Shown in pieces: positions 35,034 through 44,729 of a DNA stretch of 58,517 bases; position 1 is the first letter of the stretch; each line of letters opens with the position of its first letter. The position numbers were made by a program, and so were the translations under genes. The DNA comes from Bacteroidota bacterium. Its GTDB lineage: Bacteria; Bacteroidota; Ignavibacteria; UBA10030; JAZGDE01. The notes beneath the pieces were generated by a model. It was not told the origin of the DNA. It worked only from the letters and a program-made list of their open reading frames with translations, and searched no databases. Where the stretch lies: the NCBI GenBank assembly GCA_036477295.1, contig JAZGDE010000048.1, positions 1 to 58,517 of the forward strand, read 5' to 3'.

Positions 35034-37553
35034 CTAAGTGGCACCTTTGGGGCTCTCTCTCCATCCTACGATTTTTTGCTCATATTCTGAAGCGAGTTCT
35101 TCCGCTCGTTGAGCTTGCCGAGCTTCCGCGATGATGTGAAACAAAGGACGCTCTTTGTCCGGAATAAGGAGAATCGACGTGTAAACGTCCGGGGAATCGT
35201 AAAAGATCTTGATCCCGTCCACGAGGAGTCGGTTCTTGCTGTCGGAGTCGATCAGAAGGTAACGCATGACGCGACCCTTTGCATCCCACGAGCACTGGAT
35301 GGTTTTCCGAATCGCTTGGAGCCTCGGTAGTTTCCGCTCCACTTCTCCCATTCGCTGCTTGGTGCGCGCCATCAGTTCCAGAATCTTTGCGATGCAGAAC
35401 ATCCCATCGGTCGCAAACAAAAAAGCCCTGAAGATGAACCCTCCCCTGGTTCCACCAACGAACTCGATCCCGGAATCTGCCGCTTCCATCATCGCAAGGT
35501 GACTGTTCTTCGTCCGCTCGATCTCGACACCGAATCCCTTTGCGACCATTTCCACTTCCATGGTCGCATCGATCGGGACAGCAATTTTCTTCACCTGGGG
35601 ATAAGTATCCAGGTAGAGTTTCGTGACGATCGTCAGCAGACGGTCCGGGTCGATGAACTTCCCGTTCTCATCGACGACGAAAATTTTTTCTCCACCTGCA
35701 TCGATCAAGAATCCGACGTCGTACATCAACGAGGTCACGATATGAGAGAGCTGGGCCAGCGCATTGGCGAAATCTGACTGATCTCGCGTCAGTCCTTCTG
35801 GATCAAGATGGGCGTTGAGGGCTACGACCTGACACTTCAGCCGGCCGAGAATGGTCGGGAAGATGGTGGACGAGATACCATTCGAGTAGTCGAGGACGAC
35901 CTTGAACTTATCTTTATTGATCGCGTCGATGTCAATGTGTGACAGGAAACGCTGCCGGTAGCTTTCAGCGGTCCGCTCAGGAAAGGAAATCGAACCGACT
36001 TTCGAATGTTCCGCACGGAGGAAATCTTCTCCGAAGAAGAGGCGTTCCACCAATTTACGCTTGCCGGTGGGGAGATCTTTCCCATCCGAATCGAAGAAGA
36101 TGATGTCGGTCATTCTCCGATCGAACGGTGATTTCCGAACATGGATGCCGCCCGCCTGCTCTCCGCTGCTGAGCTCGTGCCGCAAAATCGGAATCGGAGT
36201 CGCCCGCAGGTCTGCAACGTTCACACCTGCAGACATCAATCCGCACATGATCGCTCGATTCATCATCCGCGAGACGTTGTCCGGATCGCGGCAGGTCACG
36301 ACGGTCTTGCCCTCGCCCACAAACGACCCGAAAGCGGCGCCAAGGCGAGCACCAAATTCTGGATTCATCTCAACGTTCGACAGACCCGTCACACGAGAGT
36401 CGGTGAACAGCTCGCTCAGCCATTTATCTTCCCACACCAAGCTGCGGGTGAGGACTGCGCCATCCTCGACTACTTTTCCCGGCCAGAGTTTGATGTTCGG
36501 GGCCAATCGAGCTTCCCTGCCGATGATGCACGTATCCCCGATGAACACGTTCTCGCCAATCGTGGACCGTTCACCAATCGAGCACTGAGTCCCCACGACG
36601 GAAGATGAGATCTCAGCCAGCATTCCGACTGACACATCGTTCCAGACAACGGAGTTTCGGACGACAGACCCGCGTCCGATCACGCTGCCATCACCGATCA
36701 CAGAGTTGTAGATTTTCACATCCTCTTCTACAATGCAATTGTTGCCGATCAGGATTGTCCCCCGGAGGTTTTTCTTCTCCGTCTTTAGAACCGTGTCTTT
36801 ACCGACGGAGACAGACCCTGCATCCTGGCTCCTCCAGTCGATCTTCACCCGGCCCTCGAGGCAGTCAAAATGGGCTTCCTGATACTCATTGAGGTTACCG
36901 ATGTCGCGCCAATACCCGTCCGCGATGTACCCGTAGAGAGCCATGCCTCGCTCAATCATCAGTGGGAACAGGTCCTTGCTGAAGTCAAACTCTTCGCGAT
37001 CGGGAACCAGCTGGAGGACCTCCGGCTCGAGGATGTAGATCCCTGTGTTGACCGTATCGCTGAACACCTCGCCCCACAGTGGTTTCTCGAGGAAGCGAGA
37101 GATGGAGCCGTCATCGCGGGTGATGACAATCCCGTACTGGAGAGGATCTTTCGAATGGCTGAGGACGATGGTCGCCTGGGCTTTTCGTTCCTCGTGAAAT
37201 CGTATGGCTTTTGTGAGGTCGATGTCAGTCAGGACGTCTCCGCTGATGATGATGAACCGTTCAGACAGCAGCGCTGCGGCGTTTCGGACGCCCCCCGCCG
37301 TTCCGTAGTCAGCATCGGAGCGGACATACCGAATCCGCATGCGAAATCCTGAACCGTCGTCGAAGTACCGCGTGATGATTTCCGGACGGAAGTAGAGCGT
37401 TGCCACAACGTCCTGAATGTGGTGCGATCGAAGCAGTTCGAAGAGATGTTGCATCATCGGCTTGTTCATCATGGGTACCATCGGCTTCGGGATGTTGCAT
37501 GTTAGGGGTCGAAGCCGAGTTCCGAAACCGCCAGCCATGATGACTGCCTTCAT
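35034..37553 (-). CDS. sugar-phosphate nucleotidyltransferase fused to left-handed beta-helix and PGM/PMM-like domains
   Basis: N-terminus MAGGFGTRLRPLT (NTP_transferase), hexapeptide repeats in the middle, and a C-terminal ~450 aa that is phosphohexomutase-like. The mutase-like part has GIHVRKSPFD and LIDAGGEK in place of TASHNP and DGDGDR. Confidence 0.85.
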   Translation of the reverse strand: MKAVIMAGGFGTRLRPLTCNIPKPMVPMMNKPMMQHLFELLRSHHIQDVVATLYFRPEIITRYFDDGSGFRMRIRYVRSDADYGTAGGVRNAAALLSERFIIISGDVLTDIDLTKAIRFHEERKAQATIVLSHSKDPLQYGIVITRDDGSISRFLEKPLWGEVFSDTVNTGIYILEPEVLQLVPDREEFDFSKDLFPLMIERGMALYGYIADGYWRDIGNLNEYQEAHFDCLEGRVKIDWRSQDAGSVSVGKDTVLKTEKKNLRGTILIGNNCIVEEDVKIYNSVIGDGSVIGRGSVVRNSVVWNDVSVGMLAEISSSVVGTQCSIGERSTIGENVFIGDTCIIGREARLAPNIKLWPGKVVEDGAVLTRSLVWEDKWLSELFTDSRVTGLSNVEMNPEFGARLGAAFGSFVGEGKTVVTCRDPDNVSRMMNRAIMCGLMSAGVNVADLRATPIPILRHELSSGEQAGGIHVRKSPFDRRMTDIIFFDSDGKDLPTGKRKLVERLFFGEDFLRAEHSKVGSISFPERTAESYRQRFLSHIDIDAINKDKFKVVLDYSNGISSTIFPTILGRLKCQVVALNAHLDPEGLTRDQSDFANALAQLSHIVTSLMYDVGFLIDAGGEKIFVVDENGKFIDPDRLLTIVTKLYLDTYPQVKKIAVPIDATMEVEMVAKGFGVEIERTKNSHLAMMEAADSGIEFVGGTRGGFIFRAFLFATDGMFCIAKILELMARTKQRMGEVERKLPRLQAIRKTIQCSWDAKGRVMRYLLIDSDSKNRLLVDGIKIFYDSPDVYTSILLIPDKERPLFHIIAEARQAQRAEELASEYEQKIVGWRESPKGAT

Positions 37554-37882
37554 TCGCTGTCTGCTCCACTTGGATCTTCGAGGGGGAGAATCGCATTGGA
37601 TTTGTCAACGTCGGAAAGGTAACAAAAAAATCACTCCGTCGCAACCGAAATACGGATCTCGATAGGGGCAGAGATGAGGGGTTAATCCGTACGGAAGCGT
37701 GGTAGAGAGTTGGTTAAAACCTGTCGGGCGTCTGCGCTTGAGTGGTGGGTTGGATGGGTTGGATGAACAATGAATTGCTGAGAACCGCTCAGTCTTTGAG
37801 TGTCTCGACCGCCCACTTGGTCTTCTGGCGTGACGGGCTGTCGGGTGCGGTGTGAGCTGGAGTTTCGATCGGACCCCTAGAT

Positions 37883-38329
37883 TCAGGGTGGAGAAACGCT
37901 GAGAACAATTCGGGAGTTCTGAGCGTACGTGACCCGCACGTGCTTGTTCTTCTGGACGTTCAGTACGAGCTCGTGCGGAATCTGAAACCGCTCTCCATTG
38001 ATGAGAACCCCGGCGAACTGGATTTGGTTTCCATACCAGACCTTGTCCACAATTCCCTCACATTCTCCCGCTATCTGGCCCTGAAGATCTTGATCGATTT
38101 TGAACTTCAGTCGGTGGAGGATGACTAGAGGGAACACGGTCACGGACGATAGGACGACCGCTACGATGAGCCCGGTAGCGGTGCCAAGTTTGAGTAAGAA
38201 GGCAAAAACAAAAAAGATAAACAACGTCTCAATGGGCACGAAGAACGCCAAGATCCCAGACATCATAGTGACGTGCTTCTTTCTTGCTTCGAGTGAGGCA
38301 TACTCCCGTTGTGTGAACGCTCGGGCCAT
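37883..38329 (-). CDS. hypothetical membrane protein
   Basis: 148 aa with two predicted TM helices (ILAFFVPIETLFIFFVFAFLL, LIVAVVLSSVTVFPLVIL) and a soluble C-terminal part. Confidence 0.5.
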   Translation of the reverse strand: MARAFTQREYASLEARKKHVTMMSGILAFFVPIETLFIFFVFAFLLKLGTATGLIVAVVLSSVTVFPLVILHRLKFKIDQDLQGQIAGECEGIVDKVWYGNQIQFAGVLINGERFQIPHELVLNVQKNKHVRVTYAQNSRIVLSVSPP

Positions 38330-38435
38330 GTTGACTCTGCCGGCAAGCGAACGACCCTTCGATGCTTTGTCCCAGACAAGTTTCGGGTCGAACTGGCGCC
38401 AGAATCACCTTCGCTCTGACCTTGCTGGCCTGGGA

Positions 38436-39491
38436 TCAGAGAAACGCTACCGTTCTCGACCCATGCTGCTTTCGGAGTTTGTCGGACACCGCTTTCATGA
38501 TCTTAAACTTCTCAACAGCCTCGTCCTCCGTCAGCATTTTCATCCCGCAATCAGGCTTGATCCAGACTCTCTCTGGACCCAGGATTTCAGCCGCCTTTTG
38601 GATGCCATCTTCGACATAGGCGGAGTCCTCAATCTCACCAGTATGCACATTCACAGCGCCAACGCCGATATCTTGTGAAGGTTTCAGTTCGCGAAAGATA
38701 TCAAGATTGCAAAAACTCTTCTTGGATAATTCGAGGTCAAGCTGCTTGACCGGAAGGCGGTAAAACATGCCCGTCACCTCGTGGAGTTTCGGATGGTCGG
38801 GAACGAACGTGTCGCTGTAGCAGGTGTGAAGGATAGTATAGACATCGTTCCCCAATTGTTCCAACGCTGTGTGGACGCATTCCTCCACGAGATCCTTTTC
38901 ATCCGGTCGAACGGAAGCCGCGGGCTCATCGACCTGAATAATAACAGGCTTGCCGATTTTTGATGTGGCCTCCGCTAGGTTCAGGATCTCCCGATTGATT
39001 GCTTTTGAGTAGGCAACTGCGACGCGTTGGCGTGTAAGGGAAGGATCGGCAATCTCAGACCAATCCATGAGGCTGTAACCTCCGATGACGATGTTCTTGA
39101 CGGGCTTGTCCGTAAGTTTTTGGGCAAATTGCTGCCACCGCACGCTGATCGGTCCGACATATTCGGGGTACTTGGTGACGACTGGAGCTTGATAGAATCG
39201 ATCACGGAATGAATAACTCCACTCTTCGTCGAGAACGACATTTGCCATGTGCAGAGCAGGGGAGGTCATATCATCCGTTGGGAAGTAGTAGAACTCTCCG
39301 CTCACAATGACATCGATTCCAAGTTGCTCTTGAAATCGAATCCAGTGTTCGGTTGCCTGTTCAATGGAAGTTTCCCATTTTTTCTTCGTCACTCGGCCCT
39401 TCTTGAAGTCCAGACGTGCGCGTCTCAGGGAATCCGGTCTCGGGAGACTTCCAACGGAGGAAACCGGGAGAATATTAAGTTGCAGCGCCAT
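38436..39491 (-). CDS. cobalamin-independent methionine synthase, catalytic (MetE C-terminal-like) protein
   Basis: 351 aa with Zn-ligand motifs HTCYS, LDLELS and KPDCGMK, and N-terminal GSLPRP typical of Meth_synt_2. Confidence 0.8.
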   Translation of the reverse strand: MALQLNILPVSSVGSLPRPDSLRRARLDFKKGRVTKKKWETSIEQATEHWIRFQEQLGIDVIVSGEFYYFPTDDMTSPALHMANVVLDEEWSYSFRDRFYQAPVVTKYPEYVGPISVRWQQFAQKLTDKPVKNIVIGGYSLMDWSEIADPSLTRQRVAVAYSKAINREILNLAEATSKIGKPVIIQVDEPAASVRPDEKDLVEECVHTALEQLGNDVYTILHTCYSDTFVPDHPKLHEVTGMFYRLPVKQLDLELSKKSFCNLDIFRELKPSQDIGVGAVNVHTGEIEDSAYVEDGIQKAAEILGPERVWIKPDCGMKMLTEDEAVEKFKIMKAVSDKLRKQHGSRTVAFL

Positions 39492-39537
39492 CGTGAGGAA
39501 CCTCGCTTTCTAAACGAATCGTGAGTGCCTCTTCATC

Positions 39538-40482
39538 TCAGGACCGCAACTTGTTAGCTATGCGGATGAGCATGTTGATCTTAGATTCGGCGAAACTTCG
39601 ACCTCGATAGACAAGATCACCATTTGTGCTCAGCCAGAGCTTTCTGGGATCGATCTTTTCCGCGAACTTCTTTGCGGTGCGGACGACACTCGCCTCGTCG
39701 TCAGACCTGTATTGCACAGTGTCCAGCAGTCCTAAGATAATCTCTTTGGTTCTTGGTGCGCGATGAAGCAGTTGATCTGTGTTGCTGCCGTGGAAAACGT
39801 CGAGATGGATAACTTCTACGGGCAACTCATCCAGGTGTTCAACAATCGGTTGAATGTCTCCGAAATAGAACGCGAGTATTTTTTTTCCAGAAAAATTCAG
39901 CTTCTGGTACACATTCTTTACGCGGTTGATGTTTTCGATCGTCGGGTTCCTGAGCAGCTCGTACTCGTTAAACTGAACGTACCGAGTCTGGAGTTTGCTG
40001 AGGGCGTCAGTGTATGCAGGTACGAGGCCGTCGAGAAGGGCGTCGAAGTCCTTGGAGTGGGGATCCATCGATCGTGATGCGAGCGTATAGATTCCGGGAA
40101 GGGATGTTTTGAGCTTCGTTCCGTTATCCGGAACATTGCTGGCGATGTCTCCATGAAACCGCACCGCGCCGCTGACGGACGGTTTGCTGATGTAGGTGTT
40201 GGTTATGGAATGCCGGCTCATTCCGCCCGCCGTCAGGTCGAGTTCGAATCCTACGAGGGTGAGAGCCATTGCACCGATCTCATCAGGGTAGTCGCTCCTG
40301 GCCATATCCGGTACATCCAGGCCGAGAGCCCGCTGCGTTCGCACAGCCTCGAGCGTGTAGTTCCTCGTCTCCTCTGCTAGAGGCTTGCCCGAAATGTCAT
40401 TTGATGGACGGGTGAAAGCCTTTTCCTGTCGTTTTCGGAGGGCTCGATCTTGCGCGAAGCCTGTGACTGTCGTTGTAAACAT
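39538..40482 (-). CDS. MetE N-terminal-domain-like protein (no Zn ligands); putative second subunit of a split MetE
   Basis: 314 aa that by eye is collinear with Meth_synt_1 landmarks (TGFAQDRALRKRQEKAF; YVQFNEYEL; ILAFYFGDI; VIHLDVFHG; ILGLLDT). This is a weak, by-eye assignment. Confidence 0.5.
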   Translation of the reverse strand: MFTTTVTGFAQDRALRKRQEKAFTRPSNDISGKPLAEETRNYTLEAVRTQRALGLDVPDMARSDYPDEIGAMALTLVGFELDLTAGGMSRHSITNTYISKPSVSGAVRFHGDIASNVPDNGTKLKTSLPGIYTLASRSMDPHSKDFDALLDGLVPAYTDALSKLQTRYVQFNEYELLRNPTIENINRVKNVYQKLNFSGKKILAFYFGDIQPIVEHLDELPVEVIHLDVFHGSNTDQLLHRAPRTKEIILGLLDTVQYRSDDEASVVRTAKKFAEKIDPRKLWLSTNGDLVYRGRSFAESKINMLIRIANKLRS

Positions 40483-40495
40483 TCCGAGTGCTCCT

Positions 40496-41713
40496 TCATG
40501 AACCTAGTGCTTGTCGCAGGTCTTCAATGATATCCTCAGCATCTTCGATGCCTACTGAGAGTCGTACTAGGCCGTCGGTGACGCCGATGCGTTTTCGCTG
40601 CTCGGGCGGAACAGATGCATGCGTCATGGTTGCAGGGTGGGAGATGAGGGACTCGACACCTCCCAGGCTCTCTGCGAGGGCACAGAGCTTCACCTTTTTC
40701 AGAAACTTCGTCGCAGCACCGAGATCTCCGAGGTCAAATGAGATCATTCCTGCAAAGCCTTGCATCTGTTTCTTTGCGACCAGATGCTGCGGATGGGAGG
40801 GAAGTCCCGGGTAGTATACCTGTTTTACTTTCGGGTGTTCCGACAGAAATCTTGCCACCTGCAGAGCATTCTCGTTATGTTTCGTCATCCGTACGGCGAG
40901 AGTTTTCGTTCCGCGCAGGCACAGCCAGGCATCGAAAGGACTCATCACACCACCCACGGATTTCTGAATGAAGCCGAGGCGGTCGTTGAGTTCGTCGCTG
41001 TTCACGACGATGACTCCGCCGAGCATGTCGCTGTGACCGTTCAAATACTTAGTCGCACTGTGGACGACGATGTCGATACCGAACTGCAGCGGTTTTTGAT
41101 AGTACGGCGTCGCAAACGTGTTATCGACCACGGTAAGGAGTCCTCGGTCGCGGGCAATCCGGACGATTCCTTCTAGGTCGGTGATTTCCATCGTCGGATT
41201 GGTGGGGGATTCGATAAAGAGCATCCGGGTGTTGGGTTTGATGGCACCGCGGACGAGATTCAAATCGGTCGTGTTGATGTAGTCGAACATCAATCCGAAG
41301 TCAGTGAGCACGAAATGTGATACTCGGTAAGTTCCACCGTAGACATTCTGCGACATGACCACGTGGTCGCCTTGCTTCAGGATGTGCATGATTGTGGTAA
41401 TAGCAGCCATACCCGAAGCGAACGCAAGTCCATGTTTCCCTCCCTCGAGAGCGGCAATGTTCTTCTCGAGAGCCGTCCTGGTCGGGTTTGCTACGCGTGA
41501 ATAAACGTACCCTTTATCCTTTCCGAGTTCCGGCTGGACATACGTCGAGGTCAGATACACGGGCATCATGATTGCGCCCGTAGTAGGATCAGGCTGCTGA
41601 CCAGCATGAATAGCGAGTGTCGAAAATCCCATCGGTCTTGCATCGTCCTTTCTGCTGAGTGCGTGATCGGCTTCGAAGGATTTGTTCTCGTAAGTTCCCC
41701 GACTTGCCGACAA
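40496..41713 (-). CDS. PLP-dependent transsulfuration enzyme (cystathionine gamma-lyase/gamma-synthase family)
   Basis: AIHAGQ, the PLP-Lys motif HSATKYLNGHSD, and C-terminal RLSVGIED. The start may be the internal Met at 41632. Confidence 0.9.
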   Translation of the reverse strand: MSASRGTYENKSFEADHALSRKDDARPMGFSTLAIHAGQQPDPTTGAIMMPVYLTSTYVQPELGKDKGYVYSRVANPTRTALEKNIAALEGGKHGLAFASGMAAITTIMHILKQGDHVVMSQNVYGGTYRVSHFVLTDFGLMFDYINTTDLNLVRGAIKPNTRMLFIESPTNPTMEITDLEGIVRIARDRGLLTVVDNTFATPYYQKPLQFGIDIVVHSATKYLNGHSDMLGGVIVVNSDELNDRLGFIQKSVGGVMSPFDAWLCLRGTKTLAVRMTKHNENALQVARFLSEHPKVKQVYYPGLPSHPQHLVAKKQMQGFAGMISFDLGDLGAATKFLKKVKLCALAESLGGVESLISHPATMTHASVPPEQRKRIGVTDGLVRLSVGIEDAEDIIEDLRQALGS

Positions 41714-41769
41714 AAAGAGATCGGGATAGGTTATTGGGGTCGATCTCTATTGAGTCTGCGGTCCCGCCG

Positions 41770-43158
41770 CTAACGGGACAGGTATTCGAGCATGTCGAAA
41801 CGGGTAACGATTCCGACAATCTTGCTGTCGTCCTCTACGAGCACTGCAGGATTTTTCTTCCCAAGCAGGTCAACCGCATGCTCGATGTTCGTGTCTGCGT
41901 CCAGTTTAGGCAGTGGCGGCTCCATATTTTTCTCCACCGGCTCATCGAGCAAGCTTGCCTTCTGGAGGACAGCATTGATGAGCATTCCTTCCGTGATGCT
42001 ACCCAACACGTCGTTCATTTCCATCACGGGCAGCTGCGAGATGTTGTGGTCACGAATGAGGTCGAGAGCACGGCGGACGTTGTCAAGCGGTGCGACGTAC
42101 ACGAGCGGGGGTAGTTCCTTTGACTTCCCCTGCAGGATATAGCGCAGCGTGACGCGCTCCGGTTCAAGGAAACGATTCTCCCTCAACCAATCGTCGCTGT
42201 AGATCTTGCTGAGATATCGCTCACCGGTGTCTGGAAGAATGACCACCACCACGTCCCTTTCACCTAAGCGTTCCGCAAGTTTGAATGTTCCCGCCATAGC
42301 TGTCCCGGAGCTCCCGCCGACGAAAATGCCCTCATCTTTCGTCAACCGTCTCGCCATGAGGAACGATTCCTTGTCGGTCACCTCGATCATCTCGTCCACA
42401 TAGTCGAAGTCGAGTGTTCCGGGCATCCAATCCTGTCCGATTCCTTCGACCTTGTAGGTCTTGAGGACCGAAGAGTATTTCTTCGTGTAGAAGTACTCGC
42501 GCAGGATCGAGCCTTTCGGATCTATTCCCACGACCTTGATGTTCGGGTTCATTTCCTTGAGATATTTTCCCGCTCCGGTGATTGTTCCGCCAGTTCCGAC
42601 GCCGCACACGAAGTAATCGACCTGTCCACCCGTCTGTTCCCAGATCTCGGGCCCAGTGCTCTTGTAGTGCGCCTCGATGTTCTTTGGGTTAAAATACTGA
42701 TTCGCCAGGATCGAGTTCGGAGTCTCACGGACGACGCGTTTCGCGACTTCCGTGTAACTTTCGGGCGAGTCGTGCGGCACGGCTGTGGGCGTGACGAGCA
42801 CCTCCGCGCCGTAGGCTCTGAGCAGCCAAATCTTTTCCTGGCTCATCTTATCCGGAACGGTGAACACCGTCTTATATCCTTTGATTGCTGCCACGATGGC
42901 AAGTGCCACTCCCGTATTTCCCGAAGTGGCTTCGACGATGGTGCCTCCCGGTTTCAGTCGCCCCTCGCGTTCCGCCTCCTCGACGATCTCGAGTCCGATT
43001 CGATCCTTCACGGAGCCGCCGGGGTTGAAGGATTCGATCTTCGCGAAAATATGGGGTTTGTATCCCCTCGCGAGTTTGTTGATTCTCACGAGCGGTGTCC
43101 TTCCGATCGAAGTCAGAATCGTCGGATGAAATTGTATTCTGGAAACGTCCGTCAACAT
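41770..43158 (-). CDS. cystathionine beta-synthase (PALP domain + CBS pair)
   Basis: PLP-Lys motif GGSVKDRIG, GNTG and GTGGT, with a C-terminal tandem CBS pair. Confidence 0.88.
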   Translation of the reverse strand: MLTDVSRIQFHPTILTSIGRTPLVRINKLARGYKPHIFAKIESFNPGGSVKDRIGLEIVEEAEREGRLKPGGTIVEATSGNTGVALAIVAAIKGYKTVFTVPDKMSQEKIWLLRAYGAEVLVTPTAVPHDSPESYTEVAKRVVRETPNSILANQYFNPKNIEAHYKSTGPEIWEQTGGQVDYFVCGVGTGGTITGAGKYLKEMNPNIKVVGIDPKGSILREYFYTKKYSSVLKTYKVEGIGQDWMPGTLDFDYVDEMIEVTDKESFLMARRLTKDEGIFVGGSSGTAMAGTFKLAERLGERDVVVVILPDTGERYLSKIYSDDWLRENRFLEPERVTLRYILQGKSKELPPLVYVAPLDNVRRALDLIRDHNISQLPVMEMNDVLGSITEGMLINAVLQKASLLDEPVEKNMEPPLPKLDADTNIEHAVDLLGKKNPAVLVEDDSKIVGIVTRFDMLEYLSR

Positions 43159-43171
43159 CGCTGGTCTCCAG

Positions 43172-43594
43172 TCACTCGCTCTTTCCTTCGATAGCGCTCT
43201 TCGCTTTCAAGAGCACCTGTTTACTGTTCTGAAAGGTCAGCTGTGTTGTCGCTTTCTCATACGGAAGCCACCGGTAACCAATGTGCTCCCGGGAAAGTGC
43301 GACCTGCCTTCGTCTCGTTTCCACTAGATAAAAAATTACGATCTTGAATATTCCCTGGCCCTTCCACCGATAAAAGTACTTGATGACTTCCCGAAAACCT
43401 TCCACAAAGCTTACATTTCCGATGCCTGTTTCCTCTACCACTTCACGCTGGACAGTTTCCTTCTCATCCTCTCCCTTTTCGATATTCCCTTTCACAAAGT
43501 CCCAGTGGCCCAGTCCATAGTGGAGGAGCAAATACTCTGGGTCCTCTTTGCTCCGGCGAAAGATCACCGCTCCTGCGGAGATTTCGCGCGGCAT
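43172..43594 (-). CDS. NUDIX hydrolase
   Basis: Nudix box GNIEKGEDEKETVQREVVEETG. Confidence 0.8.
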   Translation of the reverse strand: MPREISAGAVIFRRSKEDPEYLLLHYGLGHWDFVKGNIEKGEDEKETVQREVVEETGIGNVSFVEGFREVIKYFYRWKGQGIFKIVIFYLVETRRRQVALSREHIGYRWLPYEKATTQLTFQNSKQVLLKAKSAIEGKSE

Positions 43595-43720
43595 ACGTTC
43601 ACACCTAGATGATTGGTATTGTGAGAATTCGTGTAATAGACTTTTCCGTCGAGTGACTGAGGACTGTGATCGTCCCTGATGAGGCGCCTGTAACCAGGGT
43701 TCTAATCAGTCCATCCGAGT

Positions 43721-44479
43721 CTACTTTCGATTCATCAAGGCGGCTGCAAACCCTGCGCCAAAACCATTGTCGATGTTGACGACCGTAACCCCCGGTGCGC
43801 ACGAATTTAACATTGCAAGCAGCGCGGTCATTCCTCCGAAGCTCGTGCCGTATCCAACGGACGTTGGGACGGCGATGACGGGGGCGTCCACCAAGCCACC
43901 GACGACACTCGGTAGGGCGCCTTCCATGCCTGCGATGACGATGACCACACTTGCGTTCTGGACCTGTTCCGTATGAGCCAAGAGCCGATGAATGCCCGCA
44001 ACGCCCACATCATAGAGTTTCTCCACCGGGTTGCCGAGGATCGTTGCCGTTTCATATGCTTCCTCAGCGACGGGGACGTCGGAGGTGCCAGCGCTGATGA
44101 CGAGAATCGTGCCTCTTGTCGCGACTCGACGTTTGGTCCGCACATGCGCGCTCGCGGTAATTGTTCGGGCGAGCGTATTGTACTGGCATTTCCGGAGTAT
44201 CTTCCTCACCGCGAGGAAGTGATCTTTGGAAGCACGCGTGGCGAGGAGAGGGGCTCCATTCTGCACAATCTTACGAGCAATTTCCGCGACCTGGTCTGCA
44301 GTTTTGCGTTCGCAGAAGATGACCTCGGGAAACCCTTTGCGTAGCTCCCGATGGTGGTCCACCATCGCAAATTCAAGGGGTTCAAACGGAAGTGACCTGA
44401 GGTGCGCGAGAACCTGATCTTCGCTGAGTTCGCCCTTTCGGAAGTCTCGGAGGAGGTTTCTAAGTTCGTCCTTGGTCAT
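43721..44479 (-). CDS. larB: nickel-pincer cofactor biosynthesis protein LarB (PurE-like AIR carboxylase fold)
   Basis: 252 aa with a short N-terminal domain plus the PurE-like segments ISAGTSDVPVAEEA and IAGMEGALPSVV. Confidence 0.75.
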   Translation of the reverse strand: MTKDELRNLLRDFRKGELSEDQVLAHLRSLPFEPLEFAMVDHHRELRKGFPEVIFCERKTADQVAEIARKIVQNGAPLLATRASKDHFLAVRKILRKCQYNTLARTITASAHVRTKRRVATRGTILVISAGTSDVPVAEEAYETATILGNPVEKLYDVGVAGIHRLLAHTEQVQNASVVIVIAGMEGALPSVVGGLVDAPVIAVPTSVGYGTSFGGMTALLAMLNSCAPGVTVVNIDNGFGAGFAAALMNRK

Positions 44480-44640
44480 TCACGATTCGTTCAGGAAACA
44501 ATCCGGAAGGGACTCTCGCAGATCCCTTCGAAGATGCAATTCAACAAAAATATACTCGTTTTCGGAGCGAGAAGCAAGGTATTCGTTCGCATTGAACATC
44601 CCTAATTCTTGAGTATGAACCAAGTTACAGTCTGCGCGTC

Positions 44641-44673
44641 CCTCAAAGTCACCTTGACTCTGAGGCCTTTTTT
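44641..44673 (+). terminator. orphan plus-strand intrinsic terminator in the larB/plsY divergent spacer
   Basis: ccucaaaguca-ccu-ugacucugagg (5+5 bp with one mismatch), followed by ccUUUUUU. There is no annotated plus-strand gene upstream. Confidence 0.5.
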
Positions 44674-44729
44674 CAGTAATTTTTACATAACTTTGGTGAT
44701 GCGCTGAGTCATTTCTTCGTGTTGTCTCA

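Noticed and set aside
43676-43683. CUGAUGAG (hammerhead-core-like) in the larB-NUDIX spacer
   Set aside because: I could find no accompanying GAAA box, stem II/III complementarity or cleavage-site context.
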